A stretch of 62,205 nt of DNA, counting the filler, from Basidiobolus ranarum (Eukaryota): assembly GCA_040143965.1 (NCBI GenBank). It is 27 parts of 27 records of this genome, joined end to end, with 100 filler letters (N's around TTAATTAATTAA, not from the genome) between each part and the next. Parts side by side here need not be neighbours in the genome. Positions count along the whole stretch, not along the records: positions 48,508 to 50,708 come from JASJQH010003639.1; positions 50,809 to 53,008 come from JASJQH010003640.1; positions 53,109 to 55,308 come from JASJQH010003641.1; positions 55,409 to 57,607 come from JASJQH010003642.1; positions 57,708 to 59,906 come from JASJQH010003643.1; 22 more parts are not named here. One strand, 5' to 3'. The translations under genes were made by a program, and so were the position numbers. Shown here piece after piece: positions 48,742-60,006 of this stretch; within the stretch, counting starts at the first letter, position 1, and each line of letters starts with the position of its first letter. The notes below the pieces were generated by a model. The model saw nothing but the letters and a program-made list of their open reading frames with translations, was not told where the DNA came from and searched no databases.

Positions 48742-50340
48742 TCTGTCTCGTTTTCCATCGAATTGCCATCAGTTTTATAATGAATCTTCGTAAATGACAT
48801 CAGCATGCATGACACTGTGCAATCTGAAATTAGGAGGCGACATAATTGTTTGTTTATAAACAAGTATAGCCTTTCTCGGAATCAATGACTATACATGTGA
48901 TCACGTTGACTCGATCACCATGTTGTAAAGCTGTTTGATTGCCATGCATTTTGATATCGATCCCAGTTGTCTGGGCCAACTTTACCAGGTTGAGGTCCAA
49001 TCAAAACCATTACATAGTAGAGAGGCCGCTCTTGATGTAGTATTGACAAAGTCGTGAAGCACCATCATTGGCTTTATCACATGGCGTGGAATCGAGGTTC
49101 TTTGATTCCACTGCAATCAAGGTCCTATAACCAATCTCGATTCTAGGACCACTCTGTTGAGTTGTGACCTCAGCGTCCTCGGCTCGCCTCATAAGCTTGG
49201 CACAAGTTACCACTAGAGTTGGTCAAATTTTAACTAAAGAAGGTTTTGTGATAGTGTGAGCATGACTTCACAATAAAATCGGTAAGAATGGCCAATCACA
49301 AGAGTGGATGATATCTCTAGCAATAATTGGTCAAGTATCAGCAAATGATCATAGGTTTTACAAGTGTTATATCTAGTTTGCCTCATCCATCAAGCTTTGC
49401 TAGCATCTATATACTGCCATTACATAGAAGTAGTGCTTAGGTAATGCTTGGAGAGCAGTACGTACTTGGTTGGTTGCTTGCCACTATAAGAAATATCGAT
49501 GATTGTGCGAATGTATAATTAGCTATCATGCAACGCTTTCGAGATGTATAATTAGTTATCATGCCTACTAGTAATCAGCATAGACAATGTCTGGTCGAGA
49601 AATCAATACTGAAATAAGTAGGAAGATCTCTTACGAATGATCCACTAAATTCCGAACATTCGGTCCTTGATTGCACGACGGCTAGGATGATGTAATGGAA
49701 GTCAAGTGGCTCAATATCATGGGCATTGTTTTGATGTGTTATTGGCCATTAAAGTGAAGTTGTGATTAAGCATTTAACAGCTATAGGTTATGAACAAGAG
49801 TTACAGATGGAGTTTCAGTGAAGTTGAGAGCTATTAGAAACGTTTGTTGTTTCAGTTAGGTGCTTCCATGTACACGGTTCAAGAATCACAAACATATATG
49901 TGTCATCAGTTGCCAGTTTAGTTATTGAACAAAGCTTACTCTGCAAAGAGAGCATCAAGGTTGGATAAGCAACTGATATAGGCATAATTAATATTCAAAT
50001 CAATATTTGCTTCCCGTTTCAGTACAGCAGGATGTGTAATGCAAATATAGTCTTCACGACTCATTGTAAGAATAGCAACCATGCGTTTCATCTTAAGTCA
50101 TATTATAAGTGTGAACCTATTTCAAACGCTATGTATGTATTATTGACATTGTTAGCCGGGGTTAGCACACAAAATTAAACATCCTTTGTCTTTGTTAGCA
50201 CCCAATATTGTAAGTAATGCTTAGGTTTAAGTTTTTAGTAACTATATTGAGCATCACCTATATATGGTGTGCTTTAAGATAATCAAAGAAGGCAAAAAGT
50301 AATATAAAATGAAGAAATATGAAATTCCAGCAGTGCTTAC

Positions 50341-50575
50341 TGTTGAAGTATTTGGGAGCCTGTTGGAAGTGGTTTGGAGAATTAGAGGAATTGGTGGTTT
50401 TCACTTGTTGATTTATTGAGTAGAGAGTTGACATTTATAGTTTTATCAAGATGTAAACAAACCAATGTGTAAAATGTGTTAAGGAAGGTCCCAGGAACAT
50501 GTGTGCAATGTTTGGGGCTTCTTTGAAAAATCTATATACCTGAGAACTTCTAAGTAAATTCCAATATCAAATAAT
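50341..50575 (-). mobile_element. LTR family C (partial, deleted)
   Basis: TGTTGAAGTATTTGGGAGCCTGTTGGAAGTGG. Confidence 0.75.
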
Positions 50576-50808
50576 GGGTTAGGGTTAGAAAAAAAAAAGG
50601 GGGGATGAAAAGCACCAGATGGTGTGGACTTTATTTAGCTTAAATACTAATCTAAACAAAGTGACAATCAAGACATCAATCTTTTAAGATATTGTGACAA
50701 TACTGGATNNNNNNNNNNNNNNNNNNNNNNNNNNNNNNNNNNNNNNNNNNNNTTAATTAATTAANNNNNNNNNNNNNNNNNNNNNNNNNNNNNNNNNNNN
50801 NNNNNNNN

Positions 50809-50963
50809 TACAAGGGCCTAAGGGATCTGTAGTTGTTCGTATCAAAGATCGCTGTGCACCTTGCCGTAGTGGGGACATTGATCTCACCCCTTCAGCATTT
50901 AAGAAGATCGCCGACTTAGATGATGGCCGTGTCAAGGTCACCTGGAAGCAAATCAGCTGCTAG
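50809..50963 (+). CDS. RlpA-like double-psi beta-barrel (expansin/loosenin-like) protein, C-terminus
   Basis: QGPKGSVVVRIKDRCAPCRSGDIDLTPSAFKKIADLDDGRVKVTWKQISC* fits D.C..C...IDL..AF..IA....G...V.W; AATAAA downstream. Confidence 0.9.
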
Positions 50964-51953
50964 GCATCCTTTATGAGGACACAAATGATTACTAAGTTTA
51001 TGCTCATGTATATTATGAAATTGTGATTAAGCTGGGCTTTACGCAATAAAATCGATTGTTGAACTTCATTCATTGAGATATAATTTTACGATTGAGCTGT
51101 TGCTGAGTTATTAGTATTTATTTAGTAATATTATGATTTCTGTATATTTGGTTGATTAACTTGGGCCAGAAAATCTTAATTGTAAGCTATGTAATATCAA
51201 TATTACTAAGGAATTTTGAAAATCAGTAATAAGCATTTTTGCTAGTAATTACTATATATAGTTGATCTTGATATTAGTATTTGTGCTTAAATTGCTTTAA
51301 TTTATTGATCAACTAATTAGTTGTATATGCTGACTAATTATCTTCTCTATCTACATCTTAACCACTCATTGGATTCATCTCTTATATACTTCATCAATTA
51401 GTAGCCATATGTTATTAGTCATATGCCAAAGTCCAATTGCCTTCTTATTGCTAAATCATCATCTTATTAATGACTCCCCAAGTATATGTTTCCCTAACCC
51501 AATCATTGTATGTTGCCTACCTAATCAGTATTCCATCTTCTTATTGCTAGCAAAGCTTCCTTACCATTAAAGATATAAATAAAGCTAACTAAACCTTTGG
51601 GATTTGTATGTACCTTAATGAGTGCCATATTTCCTTCCCATTTTAATTAAAGACTAGTCTATCCAGCATCTTTGGAACACCATGCCAGTTGGTTAGCAAA
51701 CCATCTCACTACTATTACATAGGGCTTATTCCATTGTGCCAGGATTTATTGTATCTTCAATCAATATATTAGAGTAATTGTGAATGAAATTCATCATGGC
51801 AGAGGGTGCAGGATGGTGCCAAATTGTGCCACATAAATATTAGAACGATTTATTGAATATTATATATATAAAACAATTGGCCACTTTGACATGGAACAAG
51901 TCCATAGTTTATTGCTTGAGCTGCTCTGCTAATATCTCTTCTTGAGCAGTTCT

Positions 51954-52565
51954 CCCTAACAGGAATTTGAGGATTGTCATTATCAGAATACTGTGACAAT
52001 TTTAATCCATCTTGGATTGAACATTTACTTATCATCATGAAATTGTCAAGTAAGATTTGATTTTAATCAATTTTTCAGTTTCAGCAGTGAAACTACAAGA
52101 TCTTGCAAAATAGTTGCACATGATTGGCTACAATCTCAGAAAATTATGGTTCAACATATGTGTAAAAAATCTAACTCAAATTTTACACATTTACCACTTG
52201 AATGCTAACTTGTCATCTTGATATGCTTGTTTCTTTGATATATTTTCCTAAATATTTTTAAAAATTCTTTATACCCAAGGTTTAGCTCATATCCAACACA
52301 AGTTTGTATCAATATCTCCATCAAAGCCCACAGTTGTATTAACATTGCCAACTCAACATTCTTCCAGCTCTCTGACAGATATTCTGCAATATTGTGCCAC
52401 TCCATATTAGGTTCTTCTCAGATATCTGCATGGTCAACACCAGACTAAATGTCAACTCAAATATTTTTCTTCTGAAGCCACTTTGTACCTACTTGTGCTG
52501 CATTTTTACCTTTGAAAATTTGAAGATACTCTTGAAGGATTATACTATTTTTACACCTCCTTGTA
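51954..52565 (+). mobile_element. CMC/EnSpm TIR-L plus ORF2 C-terminus (minus strand)
   Basis: CCCTAACAGGAATTTGAGG; minus-strand EWHNIAEYLSESWKN...TCVGYELNLGYKEF. Confidence 0.85.
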
Positions 52566-53008
52566 CCCTACCAGAAATTTGAGGAATGTTATTGTAGGAA
52601 AACCATCACAATATTAATCCATTTGGGATTGACCATTTACTTACAATCATAAAATCATCAAGTTGGATTTGATTTTAATCAATTTTTTCAGTTTCAGGAG
52701 TGAAATTTCAAGATCTTGCAAAATAGTTGTGCATGATTGGCTACAATCTCAGAGAACTATGGATCAACACATATGCCAAAAGCATACCTCAAATTTACCA
52801 CCCTTATGTAGGAGGTGTACTTTTTTCTACAACATCAATCTCATGCCATAACACAAATGTTTAAAGAAGCCCCACTATTATTTGTCACAAATTCTTGAGC
52901 TATGATAGCCAAAGGCTTCATAGAAAAAATAATCACAAGCACAGTCACTGTACAAAGCCACCAGCTGCACAAAGCCTGGTGCATAGCAACAGTAATAAGT
53001 GCACTAAA
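52566..53008 (+). mobile_element. CMC/EnSpm ORF2-less derivative (TIR-L joined to transposase 5' region)
   Basis: CCCTACCAGAAATTTGAGG, about 230 bp of left arm, then directly the sequence homologous to about 16650 onward. Confidence 0.8.
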
Positions 53009-53108
53009 NNNNNNNNNNNNNNNNNNNNNNNNNNNNNNNNNNNNNNNNNNNNTTAATTAATTAANNNNNNNNNNNNNNNNNNNNNNNNNNNNNNNNNNNN
53101 NNNNNNNN

Positions 53109-53390
53109 AGACTAGGGATTTCAAAGGTGACAAATTAGCATTCAAGTGGTAATTGTGTAAAATTTGAGTTATGTTTTTTGCACATGTGTTGATTCATAGT
53201 TCTCTGAGATTGTAGCCAATCATGAGCAACTATTTTGTGAGATCTTGAAATTTCACTCCTGAAACTGAAGAAATTGAATAAAATCAAATCTAACTTGTTG
53301 ATATTATGACAGTAAGTAAATGGTCAATCCCAAATGGATTAAAATTGTGATGGTTTTCCTACAATGACAATCCTCAAATTTCTGTTAGGG
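53109..53390 (-). mobile_element. CMC/EnSpm TIR-L
   Basis: Ends CTCAAATTTCTGTTAGGG; inserted into the start of copia RT. Confidence 0.85.
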
Positions 53391-55197
53391 TAGACCAAAG
53401 TCCAAGTTTGATTATCTATGAGTGACTGATACTCCTCTACCATTGCAGCACTCCAAAACTTCATGTTCAGACTCTCCACAGCCTCCTATATTGTTTAGGG
53501 TTCATCAGAAAAGGCTAAATTAGCACTAGGCTCCCTTTGGCTAATGTGAGAGTAGTAAAAAGGCAGAGATCTCATCCAATTGGATCTCCTAAGATGGGAA
53601 ATTGGCACTACAACTTCTGGTACCAATTTAGGCAATGAAACCATCTCAGGCCCAGTTGAGGAGACTGCTGGTGAAAAATGTTTAATGCTTTTTCACTGAT
53701 CAGGATCTGTGAGAGAAAGAAGAATTTTCATCAAATTTTGGTTGTTTTTTTTGATCCTGGATCGTTGTGATTGAAAATTTTTCTTCTTCAGCAAATTCCA
53801 CATCCCTTGACCTGATAGCCCCTTATTTTCAGTGTCATGCGGTCTGTACCCTTTTGTCCCATCACAATATCCCAAAAAAAGACATTTCTGGCATTTTTGG
53901 TCTAATTTTGATCTCTTCTGATCTGGAATAATTGCATATGTAGTACTTCCAAGAACTCTGAGATTAGCCACATTAGGTTTGCTTCCAAACCAAGCTAGAT
54001 AAGGTGTCATAGCTAATAGAGACCTTGAAGGACATCTATTCCTAATATATACTGCTGTTGCAACCAATTCAGCCCAAGCTGTTTTGGTAAATCCTGATCA
54101 AGAAGTATTGATCTTGCCTTTTCCATTATTGATCTGTTTGCATGTTCTGCTACTCCATTCTGCTGTGGAGAATATGGCACTGTAGTCTGCTGTTTTAGCA
54201 CATGTTTTGAGCAGAAGTTAGAGAAGTGTTTAAAGTTATATTCCCCTCCATTATCAGTATGGATAATCTTGATCTTTAGACCTGTTTCAGTCTCCACCAT
54301 TGGTTTGAATTTCATGAAGGGATCAAAGGCTTAATCATTACTGGCCAGAAAGTACACCCAACTATACTTTGTCTTATCATCAATAAAGGTCATAAAATAC
54401 TTTTTTCCACCCAGGTATTTTGTCTGCATTGGGGCACACAGATCTGAGTGTATCAGGCCCAATTTGTAATCAATTATGCTCATTCCAGAGCCCACAAATG
54501 GTTGTCTACGTTTCCTGCCATATAGGCAACCTTCACATAGCTCCAGATCTGGGTGAATTACAAAACTTAGTACTAAAACCATCTTGTTTTTGATTAAATT
54601 TCTCATATTTTCAGCTCCAGATGACCCAATCTCCTATGCCTGATTTTCCAGTCTATCTCTTCAGCTGTGGCAATATTAACCTGTTCATATATTGGCCTAA
54701 TATATTGAAGTTTATATAGTTTATTTTGCTTAGCTCCAGAATCTATGTAACTCGCTTTTTGATCCCTGATTGTACAGCCATTTTGATCAAAATTAAAGCT
54801 ACATCCCTCAGATGTTGCTTTACTCACTAATAACCAATGTTTTGCTATCCCAGGCACATCCAGCTCATTTTGCAGTGTCAAATACATGTCCCCAGAGACG
54901 CTTGCAAGATCCACCTCAGTTTCTCCTACTCCCAGAGCTTCTAGTGGCCAGTCATTTCCCATATTAACATTCTTGTTTATGTCAGCTTTGAGTGACTTGA
55001 ACCAGTTTTTTTGATTGGAGAAATGTTGAGAGGCTCCAGAATCAATATACCACAGCCTACAGTCTTGTTCAGAGGTCACTGAAAGGGCAGAAATGAATAA
55101 AACTTCCTCTTTGGTTGAAACATGATTTGCTTGTTCTGACTTCTCATTTTTGATGCAATTTCTTGATTTGCAATCATTTAACTGGTGTCCTGATTTG
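53391..55197 (-). pseudogene. Copia-1 protease-integrase, degenerate
   Basis: WYIDSGASQH; HSDLCAPM; TDNGGEY...PYSPQQNGVAE. Confidence 0.9.
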
Positions 55198-55308
55198 TGT
55201 TGAAGTTTATTGTCTTTATCATATTTATTATCTCTATCTTTATACACCTAACTATTTCATATATCACATATTAGTTAGTCAACATTATTTAGTCAAATAT
55301 CACTTAGC
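55198..55308 (+). mobile_element. LTR family B 5' end, inserted antisense into copia-1 gag
   Basis: TGTTGAAGTTTATTGTC interrupts the zinc-knuckle region. Confidence 0.8.
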
Positions 55309-55408
55309 NNNNNNNNNNNNNNNNNNNNNNNNNNNNNNNNNNNNNNNNNNNNTTAATTAATTAANNNNNNNNNNNNNNNNNNNNNNNNNNNNNNNNNNNN
55401 NNNNNNNN

Positions 55409-55565
55409 GACCGCCACCACCTCCGTATTTCTTGGTTCTTCCACCACCGTCACCACCATAGCCTACCCCCTTATAGCTTGGATCATATGAGCGTTCGAGT
55501 ACATTAGCACTAATGGCTAAAACAGCAGAAAGGACAATTAGTAGTTGAGCAGTTGAGTATTTCAT
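55409..55565 (-). CDS. Secreted Gly/Tyr-rich KK-YGG repeat protein, paralog B (3'-truncated)
   Basis: MKYSTAQLLIVLSAVLAISANVLERSYDPSYKGVGYGGDGGGRTKKYGGGG; TATAAATA about 40 bp upstream. Confidence 0.85.
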
Positions 55566-56345
55566 TGTTGAGATAAGTTATTGAATCACTGATGTTGAGG
55601 TGCTATTTATACTCCTTGGACAGCTGCTTACCTCGCGGCGCTGAAATGCAGAACACTGCATATCGGAAGAGTAATGATATTCCTTAGTTGATGAACCTCG
55701 TTCAGAGTTGCTTCTCTAATATTAAGTCACAAATACTGAAGTGCAATTAAACCCGAACACTCGTGGATAGAGTAACAGTTAATAGAGTAACAATTGGTTT
55801 GATTAGATTGCTCTATACTGACCCTATACTGGCGGTACATGCGTTCATCCATGCTGATCGCATGTGGTATGTGCTGCAGTAACAAACACCGATCTGAACA
55901 GATTTCAGTACAAATAGAGTATAACTTCAGATATTGGCAGCTCGTAAGTTACATTCATTCTGTGTCTAGCTGGAAAGCAAACCAGATTGCTTGATATATG
56001 GTTTTATTCAAAGAAAAGACTGTCAAATACCAAAGTAGATGGTTAAAGTTAGCATCAATGCTTACAATATACTCGTTACATTCATAAAAGTGCTATAGTT
56101 ACGCTGATGCAGATATTTTTATCACAGGAATACTTAAGATCCATTCATGGTTTTTTCAATATGAATACAATATGGGGACACTTCCATATCTTCAATGTTT
56201 TATGACAGTGTATTACCAAAATAAGGAAACCCGATAAAAATAAACGTGGCATTGTTTGTCGAAACTTCAATTTATTCGTTACCGTTCTCTATGAGACAAC
56301 TCTGGGTATAGCTAATGGTAAATTCAGTCTAACGGAGTCAGCTGC

Positions 56346-56840
56346 TTAGTATTTGTTATAGTCTTTGTTTCTACCATGACCGCCTCCGTATTTCTTGCCA
56401 TGATCATCGTAATCATCTCCGCCTCCACTGCCGCCGTACTTCTTCCCTCTACCTCCTCCATGCTTGTAATCATCTCCATCGCCATTACCGTCATAATCAT
56501 CATCATAATCATCGCTACCACCACCGCCGTATTTCTTTCCTCTTCCACTGCCATGCTTGTAGTCACCTCCATCACCATGACTATCATATTCATCATCGTA
56601 ATCATCGCCACTACCACTACCACCACCACCATACTTCTTCCCTCTTCCGTGACCGTCACCATCGTATTCATCGTCGTCGTAATCACCGTTACCACCACCA
56701 CCGTATTTCTTGGTTTTACCGCCACCATCACCATATTCTACTCCCTTCTAGTTTGGATCATAGGAGCGCTCAAACACACTAGCATTGATGGCTAGAGCAG
56801 TGGAGAGGACAATTAGTAATTGAGCTGTTAAGTATTTCAT
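56346..56840 (-). pseudogene. Secreted Gly/Asp/Tyr/His-rich KK-YGG repeat protein, paralog A (single in-frame TAG)
   Basis: MKYLTAQLLIVLSTALAINASVFERSYDPN*KGVEYGDGGGKTKKYGGGNGDYDDDEYDGDGHGRGKKYGGGGSSGDDYDDEYDSHGDGGDYKHGSGRGKKYGGGGSDDYDDDYDGNGDGDDYKHGGGRGKKYGGSGGGDDYDDHGKKYGGGHGRNKDYNKY*; TATAAATA upstream, AATAAA downstream. Confidence 0.85.
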
Positions 56841-57458
56841 TGTGAAGATGGTTGGTTGGGTTGATGGAGATTGCTTTCCTATTTATAGTCATTTGTTCAT
56901 TGGTACTTTAAAGTATACCGATCGCCAGTAACTATGAAACGTGGTGCTCAATGGCAATTGCACATATCAAACTATTCTGATCGCGGTTAACCATGAAACA
57001 TGGTGTTTTACATTGATCGAAGTACATATTGGTGCGGGTGTAACACTACTGGAAGTGATGATAGCCCCTGTGTGCATGACATATTCGATTGATAAGCAAT
57101 GAACTTCTCCTACAGAATCCGTACAGAATTGGATCTATCCAATTTTTGGCTGAGAAAGCGCATCTGCTATTTGCTTTGGTAACTCCTATCGCTGCTTGTG
57201 TAAATTGATTCAGAAATAGGCTATATTACATGCTTAATGACAGTTAATATGAAATATATGCTCAACGGTGAAAGCTCAAAGAGAGAAAGTATCAGTAAGA
57301 TTGTTAATTAAATGTAACATATGTAGGAATAAAACTTAAGTCTGAACTGAATCTGTCCATATTTATTGGAGTACGTCTATGTTCAAACCTCTAAGAACAA
57401 CGGCAAAATCATGGAAATCCACAATAAGCCACAATATCTGGCAAAATGGAGTTTATTC

Positions 57459-57549
57459 ATCAAATTAATTCAGGGTATTAGTTATTTCGATCAAACTAAT
57501 TCAGGGTATTGTCATTTCTATCAAATTAATTCAGGGCATTTTCATTTCT
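57459..57549. repeat. Tandem repeat, 3 x 30-31 bp
   Basis: Unit ATCAAA(T/C)TAATTCAGGG(T/C)ATT...ATTTC. Confidence 0.85.
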
Positions 57550-57707
57550 AGCAAAAGGAACTATATCAAAATCTATAGTCTAAGAATCAGTTGCTTAATA
57601 TTTGTTANNNNNNNNNNNNNNNNNNNNNNNNNNNNNNNNNNNNNNNNNNNNTTAATTAATTAANNNNNNNNNNNNNNNNNNNNNNNNNNNNNNNNNNNNN
57701 NNNNNNN

Positions 57708-59314
57708 GTCTTCTTCTTCAACTTATGATTTAACACCATTTGTACTGGAGTGCCAAAGTTCAACATCTAGCAGCAAGTCCTCAAAGTTGTCTGGACTGAC
57801 TGGTTTGACTAAAGTTGCATTTTGACCTACATCATTCTGGTCATATAGCTGTAGTAACTCCACAATATCTTTACTTTTGGCAGTGTTACCAAAACTTTGA
57901 GGCTAACTACAGTCAGTGGACTCAATGGGCAAAACTGAAGTTGATTTAGTGCACTTATTATGGTTGTTATACACCAGGCTATGTGCAGCTGGTGGCTTTT
58001 TACAGTGACCATGCTTGTGGTTACTTTTTCTATGAAGCCTCCTGCTTTCATAGCACAAGAATTTGTGACAATAATAGCTAGGCTTCTTTAAATGTTTGTT
58101 TTGTGGCAAGAGAAGGATATTGTGGAATGAAGAACACCTCCCATTTAAGGATTATATTTTAGGTATAGCCCATCATTATTATCAGCTGATTCTGAGAAGG
58201 TGTCACTGATGAGTCATCACAGGATTTACAAGATATTTCCAGTAATGGATGGCAATTATGGTTTATTATAAGCTGTTTCTAAGCAATTTCATTACACCAA
58301 GTGTATCATCTGAAAATTTCAATGCCATACAAAAAGCTTTCAAAATCTAAGTCAAAATCAGCTTCCAAGCCAAAGCCTGCTGGCATGAAAGGAAAAAAAA
58401 ACATCAAGAAGAGAGGACTTAATTGATGAGCAGTCTAGCCATCTACTATCCACTTTGGAAGGCATTAACATGCCGGAAACTAACTCAAGTAATGATATAC
58501 CATTAATCAATCTACCAGATTTGTTCCTTTCCAGCAATAGTGCAAGTGCAATATTGTAATCTCCAAATTACGTAGTAAATCTATAGTTGAGCAAAGTTCA
58601 ACCAAAACACCACCAAGACCATCAACTTCCAAAATGGCTACTTTGCCCACTATTGAACAATCCTTTGTGGAAACTTTGAATAGAATTATTACAACAAGGG
58701 ATTTGCTGGCAGCACACCATAATGATTTGTATGCAATCATTAGTAAAACTATGAATTTGTTATACAGGCCATTACAAGCAATAATGCCGCAATAGTGCAA
58801 TTAATGCAGCATGCAGAAGCAACTAGTCAGCAGTTAGAGAGTCACTCAACAATGATACAAGACCTTCAGAATGCTGTACTTGAGCTACAGCAACATGCTG
58901 CTCCCTCCATCCATTCTCATATGGGATTTTAATCAATCTCACACCATTCATACAAACATCACTGTGACAATCTAGCAGAGCAGAATATGTGTTGGCCTAT
59001 TAAGCCTACACAACAACCAATTGCTGGGCACATGACAGTAGAAATCTCATAGGAAAGCCGGCTAACCAAAGGACTTGGAATATCAGAGCTGCCATGACTT
59101 GCTCTGATGATGAGTGGTTTAAAATTTTGGAAACTGTGCAGAATCTTGCCCAAAATCACCTGGATTTGAGCCGATTGTGGAAAAACCAAAAACCAGGCAT
59201 TACTCTGAAGGTTCTTGACTTATTTTTTGTGGCTTATCCTGGGTTTTTGGAAGCAAATGGGAATTGGGCTAGTATAGACCTATTCATGATGTTTCTCAAA
59301 ATCTATGCAAATAT
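57708..59314 (-). mobile_element. CMC/EnSpm central region: transposase start (58109, -) and ORF2 (58322, +)
   Basis: CHKFLCYESRRLHRK on minus; MPYKKLSKSKSKSASKPKPAGMKGKK...EWFKILETVQNLAQNHLDLSRLWKNQ on plus. Confidence 0.85.
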
Positions 59315-59665
59315 TGATAAAAGTGTTTAGGGGATTTGGAAGTGTTTTGGATAAGATTTGGATTTGTGAATTAGACACTTAAGTTTTATCAAATTGAATA
59401 TGTCCTATTTATAGCTTACTATGAAATAGGACTATTGGACATGCTTAGATCACAATAAACATGCCTGTTGAGCATGGGTGAAAGTTGAGGTGATTTGGAG
59501 AAGTTTTGAAAAAATAGTGAAAATTGGCAAAAGTGATCTAATTGATATTTCAATCAATTAGAGCATAAAACACATGTTTTTGAATGACAGAATTGAGTGC
59601 TAAATAATCAAAATATGAATAAACTAACTACTCAATAATGAGTTGCTATTTAACTAATTTCAACA
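59315..59665 (-). mobile_element. Diverged LTR related to family C (about 351 bp)
   Basis: TG...CTAATTTCAACA; similar length and terminal motifs to LTR C. Confidence 0.55.
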
Positions 59666-59706
59666 TTCCCACTCAACTAATTATGTTGTATTTCTCTTAA
59701 ACCTAA

Positions 59707-59906
59707 TGTCATGATTCTGATCTTGGCATACTGATCCACTGCATATGGAACTCTTCTATTATTAGATTATGACATCATATCTACTGTGCCATCCTTTCTT
59801 GGCAATCTGGTGTCAGTTCATCCAGATTACCTTATATGGAAGTCATGTTCTTTGGAACATTCCATGAAACCTAACCAATCATGTCATCCCACACATAGTG
59901 TATTTC
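59707..59906 (+). mobile_element. LTR family A, 5' part
   Basis: TGTCATGATTCTGATCTTGGCATAC, matching the reverse complement of 420 downward. Confidence 0.8.
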
Positions 59907-60006
59907 NNNNNNNNNNNNNNNNNNNNNNNNNNNNNNNNNNNNNNNNNNNNTTAATTAATTAANNNNNNNNNNNNNNNNNNNNNNNNNNNNNNNNNNNNNN
60001 NNNNNN

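Noticed and set aside
48950..49330. GC-richer patch with ORF 49010-49213
   Set aside because: No recognisable motif, start context or splice structure.
50576..50588. Telomere (GGGTTAGGGTTAG), and CCCTAAC TIRs as telomeric seeds
   Set aside because: Only one or two units, and internal to contigs; the TIR match to CCCTAA is too short to distinguish from chance.
56346..56720. KK-YGG resembling proenkephalin (dibasic site + YGGF)
   Set aside because: The fourth residue is G or S, never F; low-complexity convergence is sufficient.
56324..56795. ORFs 56376-56795 (+) and 56324-56734 (-)
   Set aside because: Antisense and off-frame readings of the KK-YGG gene, whose true frame is fixed by the signal peptide shared with paralog B.
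57459..57549. Mini CRISPR array
   Set aside because: Units are contiguous without unique spacers; eukaryotic context and no cas genes.
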